Shown: piece by piece, positions 19,180 to 29,081 of the stretch
Numbering within the stretch: position 1 is the first letter of the stretch
Layout: each line of letters begins with the position of its first letter
Source: a virus
Direction: 5' to 3' (one strand)
Length of the DNA: 64,000 nucleotides
Virus record (IMG/VR): IMGVR_UViG_3300050821_017216
Span: 1-64,000 of that record
Notes under the pieces: model-generated
What the model was told of the DNA's origin: nothing
Databases searched by the model: none
What the model saw: only the letters and a program-made list of their open reading frames with translations
Position numbers and translations under genes: made by a program

Positions 19180-20112
19180 TCACGCGGCGGCGGGTGCGGG
19201 CTTGTCCGCGTCGGTGGATCCCTGCTTCGAGTTGAGCCGGATCTGCACGCGGTTGAACGCGTCGACCAGGCCGGCGGGGTACTGCTTGATCCAGTCGCGC
19301 ACGACCTTCTCGAACGCCTTGTCGCCGATCTCGGCGAGCATCGCGTCGAGCTCCTTCCTCATCTGGTCGCCGCGCGTGTCGTCCTCCTTGACGGCCCGCG
19401 CGAACTCGTCCCACGACAGCGGGAGCTTGTCCGGGAAGAGAGCCGTGCCGCGCGCCTTCGCGTCGTAGGCCGGCATGCGCTTGGTGTAGATCCACCGCTC
19501 GCCGGTGGTCGAGACCTTGGCGGGCTTGCCCTTCTCCACCACGGCGTGCGTCACGTTCTCGCGCGCGAAGAAGACATAGTCGCTCCAGCCCTTGAGCAGG
19601 GCGGCCACCTGCTTCCTGCACGCCAGCTCGAACCGCTCGTAGCCGGGACCCGTCGGGTCCTCGAACTTCTGCACCTTGGCGTGCGCGATGAAGATGATCC
19701 CCTTGCCGCTCATCCAGACGCGCTCGACCTGCGCGAGCAGGCGCCGCCACTCCATGACGGCGACGTCGTCCCCCTTGCCGTACCCGCCCTCGTACTTGGT
19801 GATCGTGCTGTTCGGGAAGAGCTTCGCGTGGCTCATGATCTCGAAGTCCGAGAGCACGTCGAGCGCGACGTTGTCGCACTTGACTTGCCCGTGCTCGATG
19901 GCCTCGAGCCAGTCGAACGTCTCGTCCCACGAGTCGATCTCGACGCGCTCGACGTCGAGCTTCGAGCTCCCCTTGTTGGCGTCGAGGAAGAACACGTTCG
20001 GTGCCCCCGCCGCCATCGTAGTCTTACCTACACCCTCGAACCCGTAGAGGACCACGCGCGGCGGCCGCGTGACCTTGCCCTTGACGATCCGTTTCAAGTC
20101 GACTGCTGCCAT
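19180..20112 (-). CDS. AAA_24/Sak4-like ATPase (ssDNA annealing)
   Basis: VVLYGFEGVGKTT Walker A, IIFIAHAK, LKGWSDYVFF, PAYDAKAR. Confidence 0.85.
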   Translation of the reverse strand: MAAVDLKRIVKGKVTRPPRVVLYGFEGVGKTTMAAGAPNVFFLDANKGSSKLDVERVEIDSWDETFDWLEAIEHGQVKCDNVALDVLSDFEIMSHAKLFPNSTITKYEGGYGKGDDVAVMEWRRLLAQVERVWMSGKGIIFIAHAKVQKFEDPTGPGYERFELACRKQVAALLKGWSDYVFFARENVTHAVVEKGKPAKVSTTGERWIYTKRMPAYDAKARGTALFPDKLPLSWDEFARAVKEDDTRGDQMRKELDAMLAEIGDKAFEKVVRDWIKQYPAGLVDAFNRVQIRLNSKQGSTDADKPAPAAA

Positions 20113-20114
20113 CT

Positions 20115-21167
20115 CTACACCTCCGCCCCGGTCGCGGGAGTCGAACCCGCCGCAGGCTGCCTGTCAGCACCGGGCGCGCCGAGCCACTCGCGCGGGTCAC
20201 CCTCGTAGATCGCGTCCATCTTGCCGGCCAGCCGGAACGTGCGCGACGTCGCCCCCGTCTCCGGGTTGACCAGGTCTACCTCGAACTGCGACTCCACCGC
20301 GACGATGCCGCGCGTGGCGTCGCCCCAGCGCGCCACGTAGCCGACGATCATCGCCCGCTCGCGCTGGTAGTCGTACGGGTCCTCGCGGTCGAGCGCGAGT
20401 AGGGCCTCGTCGAGCGACTTGCCCCTGCGAAGGGCCTCGACGGCCCGGTGCACGCTCGACCCGGTCCGCAGCGCCTCGGACCGAAGCACCGGTCGCATGT
20501 GCAGGATGTATCGGATCTGGTAGCGGCGCGGGCACGCGCGGAACGTGCGCATGCTCGACTGCGTGAGCACCACGCGGTCGGTCTCGAAGACGTCCTCGAG
20601 CTCCTCGTGCTCCTTGTCCTCGCGTCGGAATAGGAGCGGGTCGTCGAGCGGCACGTCCCCGCAGCACGCGGGCAGGAAGTCGCACGCGCGGCTCCACTGG
20701 AAGCACGAGTCGGGGTTGCGGGGATAGACGTTCAGGCGGCGCGCCTCGCGCATCGTCTGCGCCGTCTGCCAGACGTCGACCGCGCCGTCGTGCTGCTCCT
20801 GGAACAGGCGCACGGGGAGCGCCCGCTGGTAGTACGCGTCCGGCTCCGCGGCGATGGCTGCCAGGCAGCGCGCGCCGTACTCCTCAGGCGTCTCGTCGCG
20901 CTCGCGCTGGTTGGCGTAGAGGCGCGGCGTCGGTTCCTTCTTGGTTGGCTGGGTGTACTTGCGCGACTCGAGCGGCGTAGCCTTCAGCGGCCGCAGGGCG
21001 ACCTTGCCCAGGACGTCATAGCCTATGCCGGCGGGGTCAAGACCCTTCTGCACCGCGGCGCGCAGGTAGACGCCGATCTGGGGATCCATCCGGATTCGAC
21101 GCCAGTAATTCGACCCAGGCATGATGTCCTCGCCGGAGGTCTTCGTCTCGAGGATGAGGAGCGACAT
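20115..21167 (-). CDS. Circularly permuted PD-(D/E)XK (Cas4/AddB-like) exonuclease
   Basis: ETKTS, QIGVY and C-x6-C-x5-C come before TQSSMRTFRACPRRY, GSSVH, ESQF and GKMDA. Confidence 0.8.
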   Translation of the reverse strand: MSLLILETKTSGEDIMPGSNYWRRIRMDPQIGVYLRAAVQKGLDPAGIGYDVLGKVALRPLKATPLESRKYTQPTKKEPTPRLYANQRERDETPEEYGARCLAAIAAEPDAYYQRALPVRLFQEQHDGAVDVWQTAQTMREARRLNVYPRNPDSCFQWSRACDFLPACCGDVPLDDPLLFRREDKEHEELEDVFETDRVVLTQSSMRTFRACPRRYQIRYILHMRPVLRSEALRTGSSVHRAVEALRRGKSLDEALLALDREDPYDYQRERAMIVGYVARWGDATRGIVAVESQFEVDLVNPETGATSRTFRLAGKMDAIYEGDPREWLGAPGADRQPAAGSTPATGAEV

Positions 21168-21363
21168 CAGACTTTAGCCTCACGCTCGAAGCGTCCAAGA
21201 ATGTACGCCACGTACGTCTTCCTTCTACGAGCCTGCCGATTCAAACGGTCGGCCCGACGCTGGGCTGATTGGAATGGGTACTTGCACACCACACCTTTAT
21301 TGTCCTTCAAAAACTCGAGGGATGTGTCGGTTTCCTTGATGATGCCATACAGGTCATCTGCCA

Positions 21364-21732
21364 TCATCGACTCCTCAACTTCCGCAGCACCACCATCGCC
21401 TGGCTAACTGGATCGCCCAACTCTACGGCCTTGACCAGCTCCGCTACGTCGCCAGCCATCACGAGGTGGTGCGTCTCTCCCTGACCGATCGCTTCACGGA
21501 TATTGTCGAGGGACTCAGCGAACGACTTCGCGGCACGCGCGCGACCCTGCAGCCACTGGACCAGCAGGTCGACGCAGTTGCGTCCGGGGTTCTCTGTTAC
21601 GGCCTTCCGGAGGTCGAGTCCCGACTCCTCGGCCCACTTGAAGCACGCGCGCACGTACTCCCGCAAAGTGCACTCGGCGCGTTCGGCGCGGTCGATCAGC
21701 TCGGACAAGGTGGGCACGTCGGTCGGGGTCAT
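21364..21732 (-). CDS. Hypothetical protein
   Basis: 122-aa coupled ORF. Confidence 0.6.
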   Translation of the reverse strand: MTPTDVPTLSELIDRAERAECTLREYVRACFKWAEESGLDLRKAVTENPGRNCVDLLVQWLQGRARAAKSFAESLDNIREAIGQGETHHLVMAGDVAELVKAVELGDPVSQAMVVLRKLRSR

Positions 21733-21954
21733 TCGCCGTACTCCGACCGCACACGAGCGAGCGCGTCACCGACACGTTCCTCCGACTGCCGGATCGTGTC
21801 CCTGATGTCCCCATCTCGCATGGCGAGCGCGGACACGATCGCTACGCACTTCGCCAGGTTCACCTGATCGACTTCGTCGGTCGTCCTCGGAAGTAGATGG
21901 CTCAAGTAACGCTCGACGTCATCGAGCGACTCGATCGTCATCCCCTTACACGCC

Positions 21955-22314
21955 TTAGACGTTGCCATCGTCCGGCCTCGACTTCGTGGGATCGTAAAAT
22001 TCGATGTGACCACCGATGCCGTCGTGGTTCCTCTCGATGTACGCCACGTAAGCTCCGGGACCCGCGATGAGGCGTTCGGAGTTGAACTGGGAGTCCGTGA
22101 CCTGGATCTCACCGACAATCGTGTCTAGATACGCGGCTTCGATGCAGTCGACCCTGTCCGCGAACTCGTCCTTCTCATAACGGACAGTGACCCACGCGAT
22201 GACGGGGTAGTGCGTCAGGAAAGCCTTCACCGCGTCGTGGCTCATGTGGATCTCGACCACTTGAAAGCCAGGCTCGGCTGGTACAGTTCCTAGGATCCGG
22301 CTGTACGTCTTCAC
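21955..22314 (-). CDS. Hypothetical protein
   Basis: GTGA overlap with the exonuclease gene; starts VKTYSRILG. Confidence 0.55.
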   Translation of the reverse strand: MKTYSRILGTVPAEPGFQVVEIHMSHDAVKAFLTHYPVIAWVTVRYEKDEFADRVDCIEAAYLDTIVGEIQVTDSQFNSERLIAGPGAYVAYIERNHDGIGGHIEFYDPTKSRPDDGNV

Positions 22315-23000
22315 GCGTCCCTCTGGACGATCTGGAACGGGAACCCCATCGCCGTGACGTCCTCCGGCACCAACATCTTCCACCACTCCCGTCGCGGTTC
22401 GTCCCACCGGAAGTGCGCCTCCTTGGCGAGGTGCTTCATCTCGAAGCTGACGCGCGCCACGTACCGCCTCTTCGGTCGCGCAGCGCGCCGGAAGAGTGCC
22501 GGCAGGTCAGCGCCCATCTCCTTCACGCGCGTGAAGAGACGCGCCATCGTGTCGACGTCGGCGAGCGCGCGGTGCGCGCTCGCGACGCCCAGCCCGTAAC
22601 CGAGCGCGATCTCGACGAGCTTGAGGCTGCCGCTACCGTCCCACTCGAAGTCATCCATGGTGCACACCCAATGGCGGTCCGCGACGCTCGCGATCCCTGC
22701 TGCCCGGACGAACGACCGATCGAACTGCGCGTTGTGCGCGGCCACTACGTCGGAGGCCGCCGCCATCTCCGCCACCCTCCGCCACACGGCGATGCCGTGC
22801 GGCGCGCCGTTGATGGCGGCGGTGGGGATCCGATTGATCCGCTCGATGGGGTTACCCGACGCGCTGAAGATGAGCGAGGCGTAGCTCTCGATCGGGCAGC
22901 CGATCTCGAGGTCGTACAGGCAGGCGGCCACTTCGATGACCTGATCCTGCGACGGATCGAAGCCCGTCGTCTCCGTGTCCAGCAGGAGCGCGCGCCTCAC
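22311..23000 (-). CDS. DnaQ-like DEDDh 3'-5' exonuclease
   Basis: LDTETTG (ExoI), AHNAQFD (ExoII), HRALAD (ExoIII). Confidence 0.9.
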   Translation of the reverse strand: MRRALLLDTETTGFDPSQDQVIEVAACLYDLEIGCPIESYASLIFSASGNPIERINRIPTAAINGAPHGIAVWRRVAEMAAASDVVAAHNAQFDRSFVRAAGIASVADRHWVCTMDDFEWDGSGSLKLVEIALGYGLGVASAHRALADVDTMARLFTRVKEMGADLPALFRRAARPKRRYVARVSFEMKHLAKEAHFRWDEPRREWWKMLVPEDVTAMGFPFQIVQRDA

Positions 23001-23171
23001 TTCGACACCATCCAGTCACGCGGTGCGGATCGCTTCGTCCGCACGGCCTGATCGCCGTCCACCATCGCTCACCTCCACCTGTCAAAAAAAACCTCAGACC
23101 AACACCAACAGCGACCCACCGTAAACCCGATGGTTGAGTCGGTCAAGGACTTCGTGTAACGTCATCGGACG

Positions 23172-23348
23172 ATGGCAAACAAGACCACCACCAAGAAGAA
23201 AGAGCCGATGATCATCCTCGGGCTGCGCGTCCCACGCAGCCTGTTCGAGCGCCTGGAAAAACGCGCCATCAAGGAGAGCGCACGGTCCGGGACCGGGAAC
23301 GCCAACGTGAGCGCCGTCGCTCGGGCCCTGCTCCACGAGCACGCGTGA
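23172..23348 (+). CDS. Ribbon-helix-helix-like regulator
   Basis: 58 aa; ILGLRVPRSLFERL...NVSAVARALL; first rightward gene. Confidence 0.6.
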   Translation: MANKTTTKKKEPMIILGLRVPRSLFERLEKRAIKESARSGTGNANVSAVARALLHEHA

Positions 23349-23580
23349 TCCTCCTCTGCGACGCTACCGGCTGCGTGCGCGGGCTCGTGCACCGCGCCGG
23401 TGGCTGGGCCGACCCGTGCAAGGTGTGTGGCGGCGCCGGTGGGGTCCCGCTTGGGACGCTCTGCAGGCGGATCGGCGAGCACGAGTCGACGGTGAGGAAG
23501 CTCCTCAAGCCGGGCCGTCGGATGCGACCGAAGGTGACTGCGCGCATCATGGGCAAGTTATTAGAGATGGTACGTTCATC

Positions 23581-24075
23581 ATGAGCCGGCACGGAAGCGA
23601 TAATCCGAACTATCGTCACGGCCACGGAGCCAACGGCAACCCGTCACCTACGTACCGTGTATGGGTCAAGATGCTGGCCCGCGTGAGAGGTACAGCCGAC
23701 AGACGCTTAGAAAAGAGACGAAATTACGACCTACGCGGCATCACCGTATGTGCTCGTTGGCTAAAGTTCGAGAACTTTCTAGCGGACATGGGTGAGAGAC
23801 CATCCCTCAAGCATTCCATCGACCGCAAGAACAACAACAATGGATATTCGAAGTCGAACTGCCGCTGGGCCACGATGAAAGAGCAATTACGCAACAAAAG
23901 AAACAACCATCGCGTATGTGCTTTTGGAAAAAATCTTACAATCTCTGAGTGGGTTGAGATTACAGGAATACAATACGCTACAATTAGAGGCCGCGTTAGA
24001 TCTGGCTGGCATCCAGAGAGGGCCCTAACTGAAAGTGTAAAACCTTGGCACGGGCATAGACGGAGGAGCGCGTGA
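23581..24075 (+). CDS. HNH homing endonuclease
   Basis: ITVCARWLKFENFLADMGERP...SIDRKNNNNGYSKSNCRWAT; visibly AT-richer than its flanks. Confidence 0.85.
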   Translation: MSRHGSDNPNYRHGHGANGNPSPTYRVWVKMLARVRGTADRRLEKRRNYDLRGITVCARWLKFENFLADMGERPSLKHSIDRKNNNNGYSKSNCRWATMKEQLRNKRNNHRVCAFGKNLTISEWVEITGIQYATIRGRVRSGWHPERALTESVKPWHGHRRRSA

Positions 24076-25826
24076 GCCTCCCACTCTTCGGCTCAACCGC
24101 GCTCATGCAGGACAAGCCGCCCAAGAAGCTGCGCCCGTACCAGTCGCGCGCGCTCGTGGAGGTTCGCACGCGGGTGCTGCTTGGCAAGAAACGGATCCTC
24201 TGCGTGTCTCCGACCGGTTCCGGGAAAACCGTCCTGCTCGCGGCCATCATCAAGTCAGCGACGCTGCCGGTACTCTTCGTGGCCCACCGCAAGGAGATCT
24301 TGGACCAGTGCGTGCGGCAGCTGGCCAACCAGGGGATCACCCACGTGGGCGTCATCCGCGGGAACGACGCGCGCTACGACCCTTCGGCGTCCGTGCAGGT
24401 CGGGAGCATCGCCACACTCACGCGCCGAGACAAGCCGTTTTTAGGCAAGCAAGTTATTGTAATCATTGATGAATGTCACAGATCTGCGAGTGACTCGTAT
24501 GTCGAGCTTCTGTCCCACTACCCGGACGCCATCGTCCTCGGCTTCACCGCGACACCCATCCGACTCGACGGGCGCCCGCTCGGCGGCGACCTATTCGAGG
24601 AGATCGTGCAGGTCGCGACGTACGCGGAGCTGCTCAAGCACCCGGAGTGGCTCGTCGCGCCCGACGTCTTCGCCGGCAGCGAGGTGGCTGACCTGTCGCG
24701 CGTGCGCAAGAGCGGGTCCGACTTCGACGAGGACCAGCTCGCGCAGGTGATGCGCGCCGACCGGCTCGAGGGTAACGTCGTCGAGACCTGGCTGAAGCGA
24801 GCGCACCTGCACCCCGTCTTCAACAAGGGGGTCCGCGTGCCGGGGAAGTTCACCGAGGGTGAGAGGCGACGCACGATCGTGTTCGCGGTCAACATCGAGC
24901 ACTCGCTGTCGCTCGCGGAGCGGTTCGGGCGCGCGGGTGTTCGTGTCGCGCACCTCGATGGCAACACACCCGAGCCAGAGCGCGATCGGATACTCAGCGA
25001 CCTCGCCTCGGGGCGGCTCGAGGTCGTCACCAACTGCTTGGTAGCCGTCGAGGGGATCGACATCCAGGAGATCAAGTGCGTCGTGAGCGCTCGTCCGACG
25101 ATGAGCATGACCGCGTGGAGGCAGCAGTGCGGGCGCGAGATGCGCCCGTGGTGCGGCGTCGTCCCGCTCCTGCTCGACCACGCCGGGAACTTCGACCGCC
25201 TGGGCTGCCCGTTCGAGGACGTCGTCTGGTCCCTCAAAGATCGCCCGAAGCGTGTGGGTGGTCAGGAGATGCAGCGCAAGTGCCCGGCGTGCGGCGGCTA
25301 CGTCGGCGTGTCACGCACGGTCTGCCCGCACTGCGGCGCGGAGATCCCCCGCCAGGAGCGGCCGCTCAGCGAGAGCGACGGGGAGCTCCGCGAGCGGCAG
25401 ACCGAGCCCGAGGCGCTCAAGTGGGCGTTCTTCTGGCGGCAGGTCGTCATGGCCAAGAGCAAGGGGTTCAAACCGGGTTTCGCGAGCGCGATCTACAAGG
25501 ATCGCTACGGCAGCTGGCCTCCCAGGCACTGGTCGGAGAAGATCAAGGTGGACTTCGCGACCGACGGTCTCTGGCAGAGCCTCCTCGAGCGGCGCCTGCA
25601 GCGCAAGGCGCAGCGCGAGGCGCAGGAGGCCCGCGAGGAGCGGGCACTGAGTGAGACGGCGGCCTCGGAGGAGGTGTCCGAGGTAGAGCTCGCGATGGAG
25701 CGCACCGTGGAAGCGTTTGACATGCCGATCGACGACGTACCGGTCGTGGAGCAGGATCGCGGCGAGTCACCGTTCAGCGACTGGCTCGAGGGCGAGGGCG
25801 TAGCCTCTGGAGAGGAACCGTTCTGA
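24072..25826 (+). CDS. SF2 (DEAD/DEAH-box) helicase with Zn finger
   Basis: SPTGSGKT, IIDECH, TATP, EGID, QCGR, LDHAGN; CPACG/CPHCG. Confidence 0.9.
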   Translation: MSLPLFGSTALMQDKPPKKLRPYQSRALVEVRTRVLLGKKRILCVSPTGSGKTVLLAAIIKSATLPVLFVAHRKEILDQCVRQLANQGITHVGVIRGNDARYDPSASVQVGSIATLTRRDKPFLGKQVIVIIDECHRSASDSYVELLSHYPDAIVLGFTATPIRLDGRPLGGDLFEEIVQVATYAELLKHPEWLVAPDVFAGSEVADLSRVRKSGSDFDEDQLAQVMRADRLEGNVVETWLKRAHLHPVFNKGVRVPGKFTEGERRRTIVFAVNIEHSLSLAERFGRAGVRVAHLDGNTPEPERDRILSDLASGRLEVVTNCLVAVEGIDIQEIKCVVSARPTMSMTAWRQQCGREMRPWCGVVPLLLDHAGNFDRLGCPFEDVVWSLKDRPKRVGGQEMQRKCPACGGYVGVSRTVCPHCGAEIPRQERPLSESDGELRERQTEPEALKWAFFWRQVVMAKSKGFKPGFASAIYKDRYGSWPPRHWSEKIKVDFATDGLWQSLLERRLQRKAQREAQEAREERALSETAASEEVSEVELAMERTVEAFDMPIDDVPVVEQDRGESPFSDWLEGEGVASGEEPF

Positions 25827-26033
25827 ATGATGGATCATTGACGACAACTACGTCTGCGAGCAGTGTGGTCAGACGGTGGCTGTCCGGCCCGACCGATCCG
25901 GCATCGTGGCGCACCGCTGTCCGCACGGTGTCGAGTGCATCCTCGAGTCGGGTGACCCTCGCATCGGCAAGTCAGACTGGGCGTGCAAGTTGTGTATGCC
26001 TGGCGACCCGATCCGCGTTCGCAGGGTACACGG

Positions 26034-26519
26034 TTGACTTGCGAGCGGTGGCTCCCCACCCGCCTCGACCCTCGCTACGAGGTGTCGAGCTAGGGTCGCG
26101 TGCGCCGAAGTGGGCGCGTGCTCAAGCAGTCGCTGAGCGACAGCGGGTACGCGCGCGTCCGGACCCCGCGCGTCCTGCTCGTCCACAAGGCGGTACTCGA
26201 GGCGTTCGTCGGCCCGGCGCCGTCGGCGCGCCACGAGGCAGCGCACAAGGACGGCCGCAAGGGGAACAACCGGCTCGACAACCTCGAGTGGAAGCTCAAG
26301 GAGCACAACGAGGCGGACAAGAAAGTGCACGGCACGGCGCCCAGTCGGTTCACCGGGCACCGCCGCACCGACCACGTGGCGCGCGTGCTGGCTCTGGCCG
26401 GCACGATGAGTTTCACGCGCATCGCGCGCGAGACCGGGCTGCACCGCTCGAGCGTGAGCCGGATCGTGCGCGGGTTACGGAGGAAGGACTGGAGGAGAGA
26501 GGACGAAAGTACCCTATGA
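26034..26519 (+). pseudogene. NUMOD4-HNH endonuclease interrupted by in-frame TAG
   Basis: ERWLP...YEVSS*GRVR (TAG at 26091-26093), then VHKAVLEAFVG...HKDG...NNRLDNLEW. Confidence 0.65.
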
Positions 26520-26827
26520 GCATAGAGATAACGTTCGACGAGATCGTTGCGCTGGAACCAGAGCTCCAGCGACTGCGTAATGAGGCTAGAGCGATCCGCG
26601 ACGATGGATCCAAGAGTGGTTTCTGCGCAAACGCCATCTGGTACGGACACGGAGAGTATGAAGGTCTCGGATTCAAACCGAGGTTGAAGTGTCTCGTCGG
26701 ATGGAAACGGCGCGAAGGTCCAGAAGTTCTGAAGTCGTCGGAGGCTTACTACGTCGCGTACCGTACGATCTACAAGGAGCTTCCAGACTGTCGGCCAGGT
26801 CCTCGCTGCGGATGTGCCGCGCTTTGA
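26516..26827 (+). CDS. Hypothetical protein
   Basis: ATGA-coupled; MSIEITFDEIVALEP. Confidence 0.55.
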   Translation: MSIEITFDEIVALEPELQRLRNEARAIRDDGSKSGFCANAIWYGHGEYEGLGFKPRLKCLVGWKRREGPEVLKSSEAYYVAYRTIYKELPDCRPGPRCGCAAL

Positions 26828-26839
26828 AAGGAAACGAAT

Positions 26840-27198
26840 CTATGCCCAGCTACACCATCAAGGTCCCGAACAATGCCGATGGTGAACACCTCGGCGAGTA
26901 CGAGTCGGATTACCTGCCGCGCGTCGGCGATTCGTTCGTGCTCTGGCATTCGCGTCTCTCTCCCGACAAAGACAAGCCGTTCTGCGGGATCGTGTCGGAG
27001 GTGACGCACGAGGCTGTAGCGAAGGACCACCCGTACTACAACACCGGGATCGGTAGCGCGTTCGTCGAGACCGTCGTGTGGCTAGCCGGGGAGCACGCCG
27101 CGCCGACGCTCTACTGCGACTGCCCCGAGGAGGAGCGCGCGCGGTACCAGGTGGTCGACGGTGAGTGTGGTGGTTGTGGACAAGCGAGGCGCGCGTGA
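26840..27198 (+). CDS. Hypothetical protein with C-terminal Cys cluster
   Basis: AAAGGAA RBS; MPSYTIKVP. Confidence 0.6.
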
Positions 27199-27635
27199 GC
27201 TACTCCGTCCTCACCCTCCTCCAGGAGGAGGGGATGCAGCTCGAGTACGTCCAAGCCGTCGTCACCGCCGAGCAGCTCGCCAGCGGCGTCGACCTGCTGC
27301 GCACCCTCGGTAACGAGGTCACGCTCATCGGGGGTTGCACCGTCGAGGATCAGGTCTGGCAGAGCGCGCGCGTCAGCTGCGACGACCCCGCTGCGATCGT
27401 CTCGCTGTCGGCGGGTGCGCGCGTCGTGGGCGCGTTCTCCGTCGGCGACCGGCAGCGCCTCGCGAAGATGCTGCTCATCCCCCACGGGTCGGTCGTGCGC
27501 GCCGTGGCGCGCGGCCCAGCGCGGTTTGGTGGGCTGATGACCACCCGGTTCACGCTGGAGATCTTCGGGTGGGCCGTCCTCCAAGAGTTGTTCCCCGCCG
27601 TCGAGGCCGCCCTGGCGCTCCTGGAGTCATCGTGA
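27195..27635 (+). CDS. Hypothetical protein
   Basis: GTGA-coupled ORF. Confidence 0.55.
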   Translation: MSYSVLTLLQEEGMQLEYVQAVVTAEQLASGVDLLRTLGNEVTLIGGCTVEDQVWQSARVSCDDPAAIVSLSAGARVVGAFSVGDRQRLAKMLLIPHGSVVRAVARGPARFGGLMTTRFTLEIFGWAVLQELFPAVEAALALLESS

Positions 27636-28081
27636 GGCCGCTCCTGGTCGGCGAGGCGAATCCGTACGGCGGCGACCCGTACTACGCGCTCTACCCGGAC
27701 CCACCCAACTGCGCCGGCGACCGGCTCTGCCGGAAGGTGATGGGGCTCGACCCGGACGACTACCTCGAGCGGTTCGACCGCGTGAACCTCTGTCCGCGGC
27801 GGTGGTCCGCTCGTGAAGCTCGAGAAAGAGCCGATGCTATGCGTATCGAACGCAAGGGCGGCACGCTCGTCCTGCTCGGCGCTAGGGTGACCCGCGCGTT
27901 TGGGATGTTCTTCGCGCCCTTCCTGGTCGAGCGGCGCGGCCCCGTGTGGCCCGCTGACGGCGCCAGCACCGCGTACGTCGTCCTCCCGCACCCGAGCGGC
28001 CTGTCGCGCGCGTGGAACGCGCCGGGCGCCTACGACCGCGCACGAGCCGTGCTGCGCGAGGTCGGGGTCCTGCCCGCGTGA
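27632..28081 (+). CDS. Uracil-DNA glycosylase-superfamily-like protein
   Basis: LLVGEANP, LVLLG and VVLPHPSG motifs. Confidence 0.5.
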   Translation: MRPLLVGEANPYGGDPYYALYPDPPNCAGDRLCRKVMGLDPDDYLERFDRVNLCPRRWSAREARERADAMRIERKGGTLVLLGARVTRAFGMFFAPFLVERRGPVWPADGASTAYVVLPHPSGLSRAWNAPGAYDRARAVLREVGVLPA

Positions 28082-28818
28082 CCCCGCTCGCAGCCGCCAT
28101 GGCCGCGTTCCACCTGACGGCGGCGCTGCCCGCAGCCGCCCTGGCGCTAGCGCGCTGGCGACCGGAGCTCCAGCCGGAGCCACCAGCGACCGCACCCGAC
28201 CCGAGGGCGGTGGCGCACGAGGCCGGGCACGCGCTCGTGGCCTGGCACTGCACGTCGGTGACCCGCGTGCTGCGCGTGGACGTCACGCGGTCCTCCGACG
28301 GCCAGCCGGGTGGGCACGTCCTACTCAATCGCCTCGCGTGGAGGGCGCCCGACGCGCTCTGGTGCGAATTGGCCGTGACGCTCGCCGGGATGGCCGGCGA
28401 GCTTGTGGTGTTCGGTCGAGTGCGGAGCCTGAACTCCGCCGACGACCTCGCCCAGGGGCTGTCACTCGCCCGATCGCTCGCTGAGATCGGGACCCCACCG
28501 CCGTGGTCCGACGTGCCCGCGTCGACCCTCGCGTTCGGTGACATGTTCGCGGATCCGATCGACGGGGCGGTCATCGGCGTGATGCGCGCCGGCTACGCGA
28601 TGGCCCGCCACGTCATCATGGAGCGGAGCCTGCCGTTCTGCAGACTCATGGCCGCGCTGTCGCTAGGGTCCGCTCTCGGGGAGGGCGAGCTCGCGGCCGC
28701 GCTCGGCCCGCGGCCGTTCTCCCAAGTCATCGTCGCCGTCTTGGCGGCGACCGGAAGGTACGTGCCGGCGCGGTTCGTCCTGGAGCCTCAGACGAACCGA
28801 GTCTCATACGCCAAGTGA
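28078..28818 (+). CDS. Peptidase M41-like zinc metalloprotease domain protein
   Basis: VAHEAGHALVA (HExxH), LAGMAGE, SADDL. Confidence 0.65.
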   Translation: MTPLAAAMAAFHLTAALPAAALALARWRPELQPEPPATAPDPRAVAHEAGHALVAWHCTSVTRVLRVDVTRSSDGQPGGHVLLNRLAWRAPDALWCELAVTLAGMAGELVVFGRVRSLNSADDLAQGLSLARSLAEIGTPPPWSDVPASTLAFGDMFADPIDGAVIGVMRAGYAMARHVIMERSLPFCRLMAALSLGSALGEGELAAALGPRPFSQVIVAVLAATGRYVPARFVLEPQTNRVSYAK

Positions 28819-29081
28819 GATCTCGTTGGTCGCGCACGCGGGTCATTCGATCCTCGGCAGAAACGCACCACACCCGCACCCTTGCGAGCAGTGCGTCGGC
28901 TCCGGTGTTCCAACCGGATGCGCGTGGCCATGGTGTAGCTCGTGGGAGTGCCCGCACCGAGCGCAAGGTTGCATGAGCGGGCACGTCGGCGCGTGCGGCC
29001 CCTGGATCATGTTCACCGAGATGAACAGCGCTCCACATCCCCTGCACGGGTAGATCCCCATCTAACAGCTCCTCGCGCGCA

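Noticed and set aside
20115-21167. Cas4-like gene as a CRISPR adaptation component
   Set aside because: It is about 25 kb from the array in the usual phage recombination trio with AAA_24 and DUF669, and no cas1/cas2 was found.
26091-26093. Genome-wide TAG recoding
   Set aside because: Many convincing genes end at TAG and only one in-frame TAG was seen; a point mutation or error is simpler.
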